From a virus (Duplodnaviria; Heunggongvirae; Uroviricota; Caudoviricetes), in IMG/VR virus record IMGVR_UViG_3300014204_000001, positions 10,011 through 74,010 of that record: a stretch of 64,000 nt of DNA, one strand, 5' to 3'. Shown here in pieces: positions 20,074-29,991 of the stretch. Both the position numbers and the translations under genes were made by a program. Below the pieces are notes generated by a model. That model had not been told where the DNA came from and searched no databases. It worked only from the letters and a program-made list of their open reading frames with translations. Every line of letters starts with the position of its first letter. Positions within the stretch are counted from its first letter, which is position 1.

Positions 20074-21033
20074 TTAGTTTCGGGCGGGGGGCTTCACAAT
20101 AGGCTGTGTTTCGTCACTGGTTACCATAGCCGGGGTAGTTGAAGCTGCTTCTGTTTTAGCGCGCACCCCGCCTGCAGCTCTGGATACTGGGGTGGCAGTG
20201 ACGCGAATAACTTGATCACGGGTGGAGACAGTCCCGTTCGTAAGCGTTGGCGGTAGGCTGGTTTTGCCTTGCGTAGAGACGGCAAACGCTTCTTGGGCCG
20301 GAACGATGCCCCAGTCAGGGTTGGGCAGAAGCAGTATCGACTTAACAAGGAGTTGGAAGCTGAACGGGCACGCCATCTCGTTGTCGCCTCCAAGTTGCCA
20401 GCTGAATCCGTCTGTGGTGCCCCGTACGACCATGTTGTCGTAGCGTAGAGCCACGACTTTTCTCCGACGCGCAAGCTGCGTGCCGCGGATCATGTCACGG
20501 TAGATCCGGTACATATTGTGCGCCTGGTCATCTTCCTTACTGTTGATCAGGATACCTGAGTAGCTGAACATCGGAGCGGCGGCGCCGAAATAGTAGGCGA
20601 CATAGTTGTCCCCCATGAGCTCGACGACGTCTCGCTTCTCCTGAAAGCTGTGCTGAGCCCCCTGCAGCAAGAAGTCGAGGTAGCCGGCCCCACCCAGTTG
20701 GGCTCCTACACTCGGGTTAGTACCTGCCAACACACGCGCAAGTTCCCTCGATGCAGGGTCGCCGGCTCCTACAGACTCGAGGAAGCGCTGATACTCCGTA
20801 GGCCCGACTTGCACGAACAGCCGCGCCATTGTGTCAGTAAAATCGCTGACACGACTCTCAGAATCAGAGGAACCTTGTCGTGCGTACTTCGGGGTCGTGA
20901 TCGGGTGCGGGCTGAATACACCCCGAGGGATTCCCCACGTTGAACCCTCGGGAAACTGGAGGTTAGCGGACTGCTCCCCGAACGCGTCCTTCGCCGCCTG
21001 TAGAAAAACGTTGTCCAGAATTCCACTTGGCAC
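20074..21033 (-). CDS. Tail tube initiator / baseplate organiser-like protein
   Basis: 319 aa, two genes downstream of the tape measure; FLLQ....QEK...G...YYFG...SYSGIL pattern. Confidence 0.5.
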   Translation of the reverse strand: MPSGILDNVFLQAAKDAFGEQSANLQFPEGSTWGIPRGVFSPHPITTPKYARQGSSDSESRVSDFTDTMARLFVQVGPTEYQRFLESVGAGDPASRELARVLAGTNPSVGAQLGGAGYLDFLLQGAQHSFQEKRDVVELMGDNYVAYYFGAAAPMFSYSGILINSKEDDQAHNMYRIYRDMIRGTQLARRRKVVALRYDNMVVRGTTDGFSWQLGGDNEMACPFSFQLLVKSILLLPNPDWGIVPAQEAFAVSTQGKTSLPPTLTNGTVSTRDQVIRVTATPVSRAAGGVRAKTEAASTTPAMVTSDETQPIVKPPARN

Positions 21034-21036
21034 GCG

Positions 21037-21240
21037 TCACCTCGTCAACAGCAAAGGAGTTTGAACTTCTTCTTCGGTGACCGCGACCATGCCCTCTTCG
21101 GCAACGATCATCTTGGCACGCCGGCGCAGGCTGGGAAGAGTGAGCTCGGCTGCTTGCCCACGCCGGTAGTTTCGAAGGATGGTTTCGTTGGCCAACGTGA
21201 GCATGTTGATCGATGTCGGGATAATAAGTTTGGTAGTCAC
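21037..21240 (-). CDS. Small hypothetical protein
   Basis: 67 aa, ATGA overlap with the tape-measure stop. Confidence 0.6.
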   Translation of the reverse strand: MTTKLIIPTSINMLTLANETILRNYRRGQAAELTLPSLRRRAKMIVAEEGMVAVTEEEVQTPLLLTR

Positions 21241-24200
21241 GAGCCCATACCTCCTTGACCGGGTGGTAGAGATGGACCGTCGTTGCTGAGCCGTTGGACG
21301 ATGAGCTCGGACGCCCGTTTGAAGGTATCGACGGCACCCGGAAAACTCTTGAGGGCGTCACCGCGCGTAGCCGAGATACCAGCCTGGGCGGTATTTGCCT
21401 TGCTTTCGTTGCGCCCGTCTAGGGTGCCTCCAAACATGGAGTCTGCACCACTGCCCTGCCCCGCGGCATAGTTGTCGAACTCTGCAGCGATCTGGTTCTT
21501 CTCGCCCTTGGTCTTCGCTCGCTTGTACTGCTTCGCCAGTTCCTTGACTTTTTCGGGTGCGTCGGCGAGCTTCGAGTCGTCGAGCTCGAGAATTTTCGCT
21601 GAGCCAGTTGCCCCGACTTCCGCCAGGCTGGAGTTCTTGGCAAAGATCTTCTGAAGACCCTTGGCGTAGGCCCCGCTCTTTTTCGAAACGAGCCAATTGT
21701 TCGTCGTCTTGGTCATCGTGGCCTTCTGCGCTTTCGCAGAGCCCTTGGATGCGAGTTGTCCGCCGAGCTGCCCCGCTACCTCGAGAAGACCCTCGGCGTC
21801 TAGTTTATTGCGTAGTTCGTAGCCCACCGTCTCGATGGCACCAGCCTCACGCTCCGGGAGATCAGCAAGATACCGCCCGATCCCATCGACATCGCCCTTC
21901 GCTGCGAGTACTGCCACCGCCGCTGCGTCAGGGCTGTACTCGGACAACATATCCATTGCGCGCTTACGCTTCATTTTCTCGCCGGATGCCCAGAAAGCAT
22001 TCGACTTGCCGAAGGCCTCGGTCAGTGTGCTGTCCTGGTCATTCGTGGCCTTGTTGATGCGGTCGGTCACGCTCTGCACATCTTGCACGTCGGATAGTTT
22101 GAAGCCGGAGCCTGTCGCGGTCTTCACTGCCGCCTCGGCCATTTGCGCAGAAGCCTTGCCGAAGGCTCCCGCGTGGGCAGTGTCGATGCCCTCGCGCTCG
22201 AGTGCTTGGCCAGCGATCCCCTTGAGGCCGTGCATCGAGGTATCGTCGCCTATGAGGTTGTTGTTGCCTTTCGCTTGCTCGACGAGCCCCCGACTGATGT
22301 CGGCCTTGACGCGCCCCACCTTCTCACGCACGCGCGCTTTTTCAGTATCCGAGAGCTTGTCATAATCGGGGGCGATGGCGCGGTAAAGCTGTGCGTCTAG
22401 CGATGCTTTACCCTCGGCAGAGAGTCCGAGGCCTTCGCTGAGAGTGTGCCCGGTGTTTCGAAAATCCGAGGCCTCGGCTTTCTCAGAGTCGGTCAGTGAT
22501 CCAGTGCGGCCCAGGCGCTCAAAGAACTCGCTCTCAAAAATACGCCCGCCTTGGGCATGTCTCAGTTGTGACAAACTCATGCTCGCGCCGTCACGGCCAA
22601 AGAGACTGAAGTTCGAGATGGCGCCCCCGGCGCCCCGCGCGCTGATGCGGTCTTGCTGTGCCTGGAACGTTTCGTGGCCCATGGCGTACATCGCGCGTTC
22701 CTGCTCTGGCGACGTAGCGACCAACGAGAGCGGTGTGCGCACGACGGCTTGTCCCATATCGCGCGCCGCAGAGTTTTCGCTCAGCTGTGTGAAGAAGTTG
22801 CCCGCGTCCTCCATACTCTGTCGGAAACCGGTGCCGAAGTTCCCGGCGCCGTGGTAGAGCCCTGACAGGACGCCACCGCCGCGTGCGTTGCGTTCCACGA
22901 TGCCGCGCTCCCCCTCCCGATAGTTCTGCAGTGCGGAGGAGCGTCCATTAAAGCGGTCGACCTCAACTTGCCTACTAAGTCCGCTGTAAAAGCTCGGGTT
23001 GCTCGCCTCTTGGGCAACGCGCATGGCTTCTTTGGGATCCTTGCCCATCGCGATGGCCGCCGTAACGAAGTCTTGCGGCGAGTTTCCGAGGCCCATGAAC
23101 CGCTGAGTGTTACGGATCATCTTGATGTCTTGCACCTTCAGGCCGATAGGTCCGAGCTCACGCCCCACGGCATCCTGAAGGAGATTCTCCTGTGCTGCGA
23201 ACACGCCAAGCGCGCCGACGCCACCCTTGTTCACGGCGTTCAGGAGGTTCGTGGCGCCCATGGTGGTCATCTGGTGGATGTCGAAGTTGCCGGCACGCAT
23301 GCCCCCCATGGCTGAGCCGTTGAGCCCGAAGGTGCCCCCTCCGCCGAACGAGGACATAGCCGCAGCCATCATGGGGTTCTTCAGCGTGGCAGCCTGGTTC
23401 ATCATCTCCCGTTGGGCAATGCCTTGAACGCCGCCGTACATCGCGAGCTGTTGCGGGGTGTAGGTGCCCGCAGCGACAGCCTGGCGAGCCATGCCCATGG
23501 CCCCCATGCCAACGTTAAGGCCAAGGCCAGCTGTAAGACCCTGGCCTTGGAAAGTAGCTGCTCCAGCGAGCCCCGCCTCCATGATCCCCTTCACGCTGGT
23601 GCCCGCCATGCGTGCGTACATTCGGGCGTTCTGGACGATGTTGCCCATCTCCGACAGCGAGAGCCCCATCTGGTTCATCTGACCAAGCTGGCGGACAGCT
23701 TCCTGAACATCAGGCTCGCCAGCGACCTGCATCAGCATGCGGACCGACTTGGCGATGCTCTTCATGCGGCCTGCGATCTGCTCAGACCCCTGCGTCATGT
23801 CCAGCAGACCCTGCTCCCCCGCCATGTGAGTCATGCGGGTGAGGTCCTGCACATTGAACTGGTTCCCCGTCTGTCGCCGGAAATTCGAGTCCCAGCCAGT
23901 ATCCTCGAGGCGACGCGCGAGATGCCGTGAGCCCCCACTGCTGAGACCCCGCCCATCTAGAGATAGCTCGGAGCCGCCAACTACGAACTCCGGCGTAATC
24001 CCGCGCATCTGCGCCGTACGCAGGGCCATGGTGCGGAGCGGGTTGATGTCGTCGAGCATGTGTTGCGCTGTGCGCCCGAGTCCCCCCATCTCCGAGAGCG
24101 CGAGCCCACCAGCGGCCCCAAGGATACCGCCCATCCGAGCACCACCAACACCTGCGAGGCGCGCACCGAGGTTGGCACCAAGCCCAGCGCCGCCCAATGC

Positions 24201-24848
24201 GAAGCCAGCATCCACGCCGCCACGTCCCGCCACACCCGGCGCTGCCATGAAGCCCGCCTCGTACTGCATGGATCGCTGCTGGCTGATCTGCCAGTTGTAG
24301 TCGAAGGGGGTCGAGAAGTGTGGAGTCACTGGCCGCGGCGTCCAGGGCATCGGGGCGAGTGGCATCTGCGGCGTTGGCGGGATCGCTGGCATGGGCCCTT
24401 GCGGGAAGGGTCGGAAGATACCCATGTTTGGCGAGGTCATGTGAATCGGTGAAGGGAGCATGCCCGAGCTGAAGCCCTGCATGCCACCCATTCCCGCCAT
24501 CGTCTGCGCAACGTAGGGGTTGAACATCTGGGAGTTCATCGACGTCATGTTCTGCTGGTACATGCGCGCATAGGCGCCCACGCTACCCACAGGCGAGCCG
24601 AAGGGCCCCGTGGGCGTCCCGAACATGCCGCCGCCCATAGACGGAAACCCGCCCATAGAGCTTGGACGGGTCATCATCGCCGACTGGAGGGTTTGGAACG
24701 ATGCCGTCTGCGTCTGCTGGGAGGCGTCCTGGGAGACTTCGCCAGGGTGGCGCACGTGAGGCGCGGGGGTGGGAATCCCGAACGACGAATTCCCTGACCC
24801 GTACAGTCCCAGTTGAGCCTGCATCACGTTGAAACTGTCGTCAGCCAT
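21237..24848 (-). CDS. Tape measure protein
   Basis: 1203 aa, Gly/Ala/Met-rich helical, downstream of the chaperone pair and upstream of the baseplate genes. Confidence 0.8.
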   Translation of the reverse strand: MADDSFNVMQAQLGLYGSGNSSFGIPTPAPHVRHPGEVSQDASQQTQTASFQTLQSAMMTRPSSMGGFPSMGGGMFGTPTGPFGSPVGSVGAYARMYQQNMTSMNSQMFNPYVAQTMAGMGGMQGFSSGMLPSPIHMTSPNMGIFRPFPQGPMPAIPPTPQMPLAPMPWTPRPVTPHFSTPFDYNWQISQQRSMQYEAGFMAAPGVAGRGGVDAGFALGGAGLGANLGARLAGVGGARMGGILGAAGGLALSEMGGLGRTAQHMLDDINPLRTMALRTAQMRGITPEFVVGGSELSLDGRGLSSGGSRHLARRLEDTGWDSNFRRQTGNQFNVQDLTRMTHMAGEQGLLDMTQGSEQIAGRMKSIAKSVRMLMQVAGEPDVQEAVRQLGQMNQMGLSLSEMGNIVQNARMYARMAGTSVKGIMEAGLAGAATFQGQGLTAGLGLNVGMGAMGMARQAVAAGTYTPQQLAMYGGVQGIAQREMMNQAATLKNPMMAAAMSSFGGGGTFGLNGSAMGGMRAGNFDIHQMTTMGATNLLNAVNKGGVGALGVFAAQENLLQDAVGRELGPIGLKVQDIKMIRNTQRFMGLGNSPQDFVTAAIAMGKDPKEAMRVAQEASNPSFYSGLSRQVEVDRFNGRSSALQNYREGERGIVERNARGGGVLSGLYHGAGNFGTGFRQSMEDAGNFFTQLSENSAARDMGQAVVRTPLSLVATSPEQERAMYAMGHETFQAQQDRISARGAGGAISNFSLFGRDGASMSLSQLRHAQGGRIFESEFFERLGRTGSLTDSEKAEASDFRNTGHTLSEGLGLSAEGKASLDAQLYRAIAPDYDKLSDTEKARVREKVGRVKADISRGLVEQAKGNNNLIGDDTSMHGLKGIAGQALEREGIDTAHAGAFGKASAQMAEAAVKTATGSGFKLSDVQDVQSVTDRINKATNDQDSTLTEAFGKSNAFWASGEKMKRKRAMDMLSEYSPDAAAVAVLAAKGDVDGIGRYLADLPEREAGAIETVGYELRNKLDAEGLLEVAGQLGGQLASKGSAKAQKATMTKTTNNWLVSKKSGAYAKGLQKIFAKNSSLAEVGATGSAKILELDDSKLADAPEKVKELAKQYKRAKTKGEKNQIAAEFDNYAAGQGSGADSMFGGTLDGRNESKANTAQAGISATRGDALKSFPGAVDTFKRASELIVQRLSNDGPSLPPGQGGMGS

Positions 24849-24851
24849 CCA

Positions 24852-25250
24852 CTACCTCCGACGCGATTTTTTAGCCTTTGGGGGAGTGGGGAGCTCATCC
24901 TCGGAAGCTGTGAGTTTCTCGACGCGCTCTAGGAGCCGCTCGTCAGACTTGCGCTTCTCCACCTGAGCCATTCTAACCCGGCGCATTGACTCAATGGTAG
25001 TCGGCCGATAACGATCCTGTGAAAGTTCCAGCTGGTACAATTCCAGCGCTCGGTCGATGTGCTTCTCTCCAACGCCCAGGCCAGCGCCGAGTAGGCGCGC
25101 GAACAGGGACGTTTGTGCCATACGTTCGCTAAGTTCGCGTCGGTAAAGCTCGCGAAGGACCTGGTCTTGGGCAGAGCCCCGTGGAGGTAGAGTGAGCCCC
25201 CGCGAGAACCATGTGGCGCGAGCAACACCCCACGGGGCTACGAGAAATTT
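24852..25250 (-). CDS. Tail assembly chaperone, -1 frameshift extension (gpT-like)
   Basis: The -1 frame is open from the AAATTTC heptamer (KFLVAPWG...RMAQTSLF...RRR*); the ORF track reports only 24852..25121. Confidence 0.75.
   Translation of the reverse strand, partial: KFLVAPWGVARATWFSRGLTLPPRGSAQDQVLRELYRRELSERMAQTSLFARLLGAGLGVGEKHIDRALELYQLELSQDRYRPTTIESMRRVRMAQVEKRKSDERLLERVEKLTASEDELPTPPKAKKSRRR
25175..25250 (-). promoter_or_regulatory. Programmed -1 ribosomal frameshift signal
   Basis: A AAT TTC (X XXY YYZ) at 25250-25244, then a 10-bp perfect stem AGCCCCGTGG/CCACGGGGCT 4 nt downstream. Confidence 0.8.
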
Positions 25251-25834
25251 TCGACAGCTCCGTCGCTGAAGACGACCATCGTCTTGCGGTCGAACTTCGC
25301 GAGTTCGTTGGTAAGGAGTGAGTAGACGGGCGCAGGAAGTCGACGGACCAACTTGAGCAGCTCCTCGAAGTCCTTCTCAGTCTCGTGCTCCAGGTCTTTA
25401 CCGTCCCACTCGTAGAGCGACGCTGCCAGGTTGTAGCGAGTGATGAGGTCGTCCTGCGAGATGTTCAGGCCAGGACGCTCGAGCTCCAATGCGCGCTGGA
25501 GTCGGAGGGTGTCTTCGTACTGCCGCGTACGAAAGACCGCGCGCTTGTTTGTCTTCCCCAGATGGACGTACTCGTCGTAGTAGCCCTTGGAGAGGACAGC
25601 ATCAAAGATGCCCTCGGCCTCCGCGGGATCAATCTCCATGGCGGCAAGGCGCTTCTTATAGCGCTCTGCGGGCGTCAACTTAATCTCATCTTCAGTTGCC
25701 TTCTGCACCGCTTCCACCGCAGTTTTCGTATCGGCGTCGGTCGCCGCAGGTGCTTCATCGTTCGTGGGTGGATCTTCGCGAGGTTGGTTGTTGGCGAGGG
25801 AGCGGAAGTCACCGATCACGGGCTGCATAGACAT
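25238..25834 (-). CDS. Tail assembly chaperone (gpG-like)
   Basis: AGGAG RBS before ATG 25834; position upstream of the tape measure; slippery site at the 3' end. Confidence 0.8.
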   Translation of the reverse strand: MSMQPVIGDFRSLANNQPREDPPTNDEAPAATDADTKTAVEAVQKATEDEIKLTPAERYKKRLAAMEIDPAEAEGIFDAVLSKGYYDEYVHLGKTNKRAVFRTRQYEDTLRLQRALELERPGLNISQDDLITRYNLAASLYEWDGKDLEHETEKDFEELLKLVRRLPAPVYSLLTNELAKFDRKTMVVFSDGAVENFS

Positions 25835-25885
25835 GAGTTCTCCTGCTTTCTTGGTACAAGATTTACTGCGTAAAAAGGAGGCTGC

Positions 25886-26068
25886 ATGAGGGTGGTGGTG
25901 GAAATGAGCGTGGATGTTGTTAACGGTGACGAGGAAGATACCTCCGAAGTCACGGCAGAAACAACTGTTGCAGTAATCGAGGCACTCATAAATCGATACG
26001 ACGAAACAATACGATTGGAAGATAAAGGTTATATCATTTTGGGAGGAACCCTGATTCTTCACGGATAA
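25886..26068 (+). CDS. Small acidic hypothetical protein
   Basis: AGGAGG RBS; 60 aa. Confidence 0.6.
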   Translation: MRVVVEMSVDVVNGDEEDTSEVTAETTVAVIEALINRYDETIRLEDKGYIILGGTLILHG

Positions 26069-26070
26069 GG

Positions 26071-26099
26071 TTGACCTCGTCAACCTTGCGTGTTATACC
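26071..26099 (+). promoter_or_regulatory. Sigma70-type promoter upstream of dinG
   Basis: TTGACC-17 nt-TATACC with extended -10 TG. Confidence 0.6.
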
Positions 26100-26123
26100 T
26101 CCGCGTCTTGGAAAGGAATCAAC

Positions 26124-28256
26124 ATGATTTGTCGTGGTTGTAGTTTCACCATTCCGATGCCGCAGGCACCGGATGATCGACGGTGTTCAGCTTGCGGCGC
26201 CGAGCTCGCCTTGCAGGCGGATGACTTTCTTTTGCACGGGGGGCTCGGCAAGGAAGTGCGCCTAGGTCAGGTGCAGATGGGGCGCCTGATTGAGGACGCC
26301 ATCCAGAAGAAGACGGTCGCTTTTATTGAGGGTCCTGTAGGCATTGGCAAGAGTTTCGGTTACGCCGTTCCCGCGATTCTAGCGGACAAGCGCGTCATCA
26401 TCAGCACGGCCAAGAAGCAGTTGCAACACCAGCTACGGGATGACCTGCCGCGGTTGGCCGAAACGCTCGGAAAGCCAGGATACACCGTTGCTCTGTTAAA
26501 GGGCAAGTCCAACTACGCCTGTCGTGCCAAGGCCGTCGATCACATCAACAAGGAAGGCTTTGCCGCCTTTGCGCGATGGCTCGCTGATTCGGAATATGGG
26601 GACATCACGGACTACCCCGGTCGCCTGCCACTGTTTTGGTACGAGACCACCGCCGAGGACTGCCTCGGCTCTGGCTGTTCCCAAGCCGCAAAATGCGGCT
26701 ACTGGAAAGCTAAGCAGCAGACCAAGACTGCCCGTATCGTGATCGCCAATCACTATGTCGTGGCCTTCGACCTGAAGTTCGGGCCGAAGAAACTACTCGG
26801 CGATTACGATGTGCTAGTCATCGACGAAGCCCATCAGGCAGAGTCTGCCTTTCGGTCCGCTTACAGTGTGTCGCTGCGAAACGGGCAGCTGCGACACATC
26901 ACGCGCTCTCTCGACGCCGCGGGTGTCACCTACCCCCTACACCAACTCGAGACGACCTGGCACGCTGCGTTCGAGCGTATCCAAGATCTCCAGGGAGAGA
27001 TTCCTCGAGATCCGTTCGGGTCGCTGGGCGATGACTTGAAGGATCAGGTCACTGACCTGGAGAAAGTCGTCACCGCTGAGCTCAAGGAATACGGTGTTGA
27101 GCACTCGGTCGACGATGACGGCAGTCTTTCCGACGAGGGACCTACTCGGAAGTCGCACGGCCACGCGGAAAGCGAGGGTGATGAACACCGCATGCACAAG
27201 CTGGAGGCCTTCGCCGCAAGCCTGGCGAAGACGCGCCTGACCCTTCGAGACTTGAAGGAACCTGGCGAGAACAACGTCATCTACATTCCGCCGGCGCAGG
27301 ACATACACTACAAGCAGGTTACGGTAGCCCCGATCAGTGTGGGCCCGATGATCGGCCCTAAGCTCCGAACCATCGATACGACGATCATCACCAGCGCGAC
27401 CATTGCCGTCAATGACACGTTCGACGACATCAAGCGACGCTTAGGTCTTGAAGATCCCGTTACGCCCTGGGAAGGCTACAAGCCGTCGCTCGAGGCCGTC
27501 CTCGAGACACCATTCGACTACAACCGACAAGCCCTTTTATACACGCCCAAGGACCTCCCGCTCCCCACGTCCAGTCGCGATCCCGCGATGCGCACGAAGT
27601 ATCTCGACTCTCTGTCAACGCGCATCGCCAAACTAATCAAGGCTTCGGACGGTAACGCTTTCGTGCTTTTCTCGTCCAAGGAGGATATGAGGGAGGTACA
27701 TCTTCGCCTCCTTGAGGAAGGCCTTCCGAACCCCATCGTCATGCAGGGAGAAGATGCTGAGGCAACGTTCAAGGAGTTCAAGAACACCCCGCGCAGTGCC
27801 CTGCTCGGCGTGAAGTCCTTCTGGGAGGGTATCAACGTCGAGGGCGAGAAACTCGAGCTCGTCATCATCACAAAGCTCCCGTTTCCAAATCCGTCTGACC
27901 CCCTCATGCAGGCTCAGACGCGACAGTACGTTCAGCGACAGGTGGCCCGGGGCGTCTCGCAGGAGAACGCTGAGAAGATGGTGTTCAACGTACTCTCCGT
28001 CCCCGCGATGCTCACCGATCTACGGCAAGGGGCCGGGCGCCTCATTCGCACGAAGACTGACCGCGGAGTTCTCGCTATTTTGGATACGCGCGTGTGGACA
28101 GGTAGCGCCAAGCGTACGCCACAACCCGACCAAAAGACCTACTGGGGTTATGGCATGGGCGCAGTCAAGGCCGTTGGTTTCGGCCAGCGCACAGACGACT
28201 TCAGTCTCGTCGACCGCTACCTGGCCATGCTTCGTCGTGCACGCACCAAAGCGTGA
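26124..28256 (+). CDS. dinG: DinG/YoaA-family Fe-S helicase with N-terminal Zn finger
   Basis: EGPVGIGKS, KGKSNYAC, CLGSGC...C, IDEAH, TSAT, FWEGIN, KLPFPNP, RQGAGRLIR. Confidence 0.92.
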   Translation: MICRGCSFTIPMPQAPDDRRCSACGAELALQADDFLLHGGLGKEVRLGQVQMGRLIEDAIQKKTVAFIEGPVGIGKSFGYAVPAILADKRVIISTAKKQLQHQLRDDLPRLAETLGKPGYTVALLKGKSNYACRAKAVDHINKEGFAAFARWLADSEYGDITDYPGRLPLFWYETTAEDCLGSGCSQAAKCGYWKAKQQTKTARIVIANHYVVAFDLKFGPKKLLGDYDVLVIDEAHQAESAFRSAYSVSLRNGQLRHITRSLDAAGVTYPLHQLETTWHAAFERIQDLQGEIPRDPFGSLGDDLKDQVTDLEKVVTAELKEYGVEHSVDDDGSLSDEGPTRKSHGHAESEGDEHRMHKLEAFAASLAKTRLTLRDLKEPGENNVIYIPPAQDIHYKQVTVAPISVGPMIGPKLRTIDTTIITSATIAVNDTFDDIKRRLGLEDPVTPWEGYKPSLEAVLETPFDYNRQALLYTPKDLPLPTSSRDPAMRTKYLDSLSTRIAKLIKASDGNAFVLFSSKEDMREVHLRLLEEGLPNPIVMQGEDAEATFKEFKNTPRSALLGVKSFWEGINVEGEKLELVIITKLPFPNPSDPLMQAQTRQYVQRQVARGVSQENAEKMVFNVLSVPAMLTDLRQGAGRLIRTKTDRGVLAILDTRVWTGSAKRTPQPDQKTYWGYGMGAVKAVGFGQRTDDFSLVDRYLAMLRRARTKA

Positions 28257-28263
28257 GGTTTTC

Positions 28264-28503
28264 GTGCGAGCCAGACACAAAGTCATCCGCAACCGAGAGC
28301 AATATGAGCATGTACTAGCGTGCCTGGTACAACTGCGAGAGCAGCGTAACAAGACACAGGCGCAAGTAGCCGCTGGCATCGCGCTATCCCGCTCACAGTA
28401 CACCTTGATCGAAAAGGGTCAATCGACTCTCAGCATAGATCAGCTCATCAGCTTGGCACAATTTTACGGCATCGAGCCCCGTGTGTTCTTCGCAAGCCAG
28501 TAG
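28264..28503 (+). CDS. XRE/Cro-C1 HTH protein
   Basis: LREQRNKTQAQVAAGIALSRSQYTLIEKG; GTG start with GAGG RBS. Confidence 0.88.
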   Translation: MRARHKVIRNREQYEHVLACLVQLREQRNKTQAQVAAGIALSRSQYTLIEKGQSTLSIDQLISLAQFYGIEPRVFFASQ

Positions 28504-28510
28504 ACACGGC

Positions 28511-28547
28511 ATGGCTGGAGAGGGTAGCCTCCTCTCCAGCCATTTTC
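28511..28547 (+). terminator. Terminator-like hairpin
   Basis: 13-bp stem ATGGCTGGAGAGG/CCTCTCCAGCCAT with a short T tract. Confidence 0.55.
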
Positions 28548-28559
28548 CCGGGAAGGGTG

Positions 28560-29033
28560 ATGCCGGCAAAGCTAATCATTGCAGTAGACGCCGTGGTGAG
28601 CCGCGACAGAACTCAGGTAACCGCGGGGGCCGTGGTTTACCTCGTAAACGCTTCAGAGCCTGTCTTTGAGTATGCTGATGCGCAAGGACGCCAGCGACGT
28701 ACGCGATTTCTGAGTAGCTTAGCGCGAATCCCTGACTACGCAATGACAGCCGTGCTTAGGCACCTACGACAGTCCACTCTGGGCTGGGCCACCGTAGTCT
28801 GCCCAGCCACGAACGCCCTCGAAGCCAAAGGAATAGCAGTGGGGCGCTGTGTAGAACGCTTGCTGTACCAACACCCTGATGTCGTTCGGGACTTGAAGTA
28901 CGACGATGTCCATATATACTTGCCGGATGGGCACAGGATCTCCACCGAGCTCGTAAGCCTGACACCCCAGGTTCTTCGCGCCAATTCGTGGCGAACCAGC
29001 GCCGCGCGGCTACTAGCCAAACACCGAGAATAA
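28560..29033 (+). CDS. Hypothetical protein
   Basis: 157-aa ORF in a co-oriented run. Confidence 0.7.
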   Translation: MPAKLIIAVDAVVSRDRTQVTAGAVVYLVNASEPVFEYADAQGRQRRTRFLSSLARIPDYAMTAVLRHLRQSTLGWATVVCPATNALEAKGIAVGRCVERLLYQHPDVVRDLKYDDVHIYLPDGHRISTELVSLTPQVLRANSWRTSAARLLAKHRE

Positions 29034-29047
29034 GGTAGAATGCGCAC

Positions 29048-29272
29048 ATGACTGCTCCCCTCGTTTCGCGCGGCACCGCTCAGTGTATGAAGTGTCAGCG
29101 CAAGCTGTCGTCCGCAGATCGCGTCATCCCTGCGTACATCGTCGAGAAGACCGGCGTGAACCCCGACAATGTTCGTCAGTTTGGTGCGTGGCTTTCAGGA
29201 GAGTTCGAACTCATTCACGTGGATTGTGAAAACCCTAGCTTGGATAAGCTGATTGTTCTCGGCGGACAGTAA
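29048..29272 (+). CDS. Small Zn-binding hypothetical protein
   Basis: CMKC...HVDC. Confidence 0.7.
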   Translation: MTAPLVSRGTAQCMKCQRKLSSADRVIPAYIVEKTGVNPDNVRQFGAWLSGEFELIHVDCENPSLDKLIVLGGQ

Positions 29273-29274
29273 TC

Positions 29275-29736
29275 ATGGCAAAAGCGGGCATTTTTGACCC
29301 TTGGCGGCAAACTCCCGATCTGGCAGAACAAAATCCTGAGCCGAAGACCGCCATGCGCATCGCAGACGCGCTCGAGGTGGAAGCTGAGGAGTCTTGTTCC
29401 TGTGTATCCTTTCCTGGTTATCGCGGACAACTGAACGTTTGGCTCAACTGCGCAGAAGCCTCTGTACAAGAGGGCACTTCGGCCATCGTTGATCTGATTC
29501 ACTTGTTGTGGGTCAAGGGATTCAAGCAGTCGCTCATGACATTAGGAATCAACGTAACTGCGCGAGATGGCGGACAACTCCGTGTCTCAAATGGCCGAGG
29601 TGATGCGATCTTTGTCGATACGCACGATGCAAAAGACGCAGTCGATATTCTCGTATTCGCCTTGCGGGAGGCCCAAGATGATCCTGCAATCAAGGCGTAC
29701 ATACAGAAAAGCAGCATAAAAGCACTTCTTATCTGA
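29275..29736 (+). CDS. Hypothetical protein
   Basis: 153 aa, tightly packed. Confidence 0.7.
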   Translation: MAKAGIFDPWRQTPDLAEQNPEPKTAMRIADALEVEAEESCSCVSFPGYRGQLNVWLNCAEASVQEGTSAIVDLIHLLWVKGFKQSLMTLGINVTARDGGQLRVSNGRGDAIFVDTHDAKDAVDILVFALREAQDDPAIKAYIQKSSIKALLI

Positions 29737-29743
29737 GGACCCC

Positions 29744-29989
29744 ATGAACCAGCTGCGATGCCAGGACTGCAAGTTCTACGACCCCATTTTGCCACCGAGA
29801 GGCAAGCAGAATACACACGGCTGGTGCTCGCAGTGTTCGGTGTACCCGTTTAAGGAGGGGCCCGGACAGCGCTTTCCACCTGGAGTGAAGCGCGTCAAAG
29901 AACCTGGGCTGCCCGCGCGACCGAGAATCGTGCGCGCAGACGAACTCGTAGATTACTGCGCTCACGCTGAGTGCAAGACCCGGAGGTAG
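29744..29989 (+). CDS. Cys-rich hypothetical protein
   Basis: CQDC..HGWC..C..CAHAEC; GAGG RBS. Confidence 0.7.
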   Translation: MNQLRCQDCKFYDPILPPRGKQNTHGWCSQCSVYPFKEGPGQRFPPGVKRVKEPGLPARPRIVRADELVDYCAHAECKTRR

Positions 29990-29991
29990 CC

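Noticed and set aside
25835-26083. 5' extension of the chaperone ORF (281 aa)
   Set aside because: It overlaps the plus-strand gene at 25886; the RBS supports ATG 25834.
29744-29989. CQDC...HGWC as a 12th copy of the module
   Set aside because: The C-to-H spacing is 15 rather than 6, and there is no LYxP.
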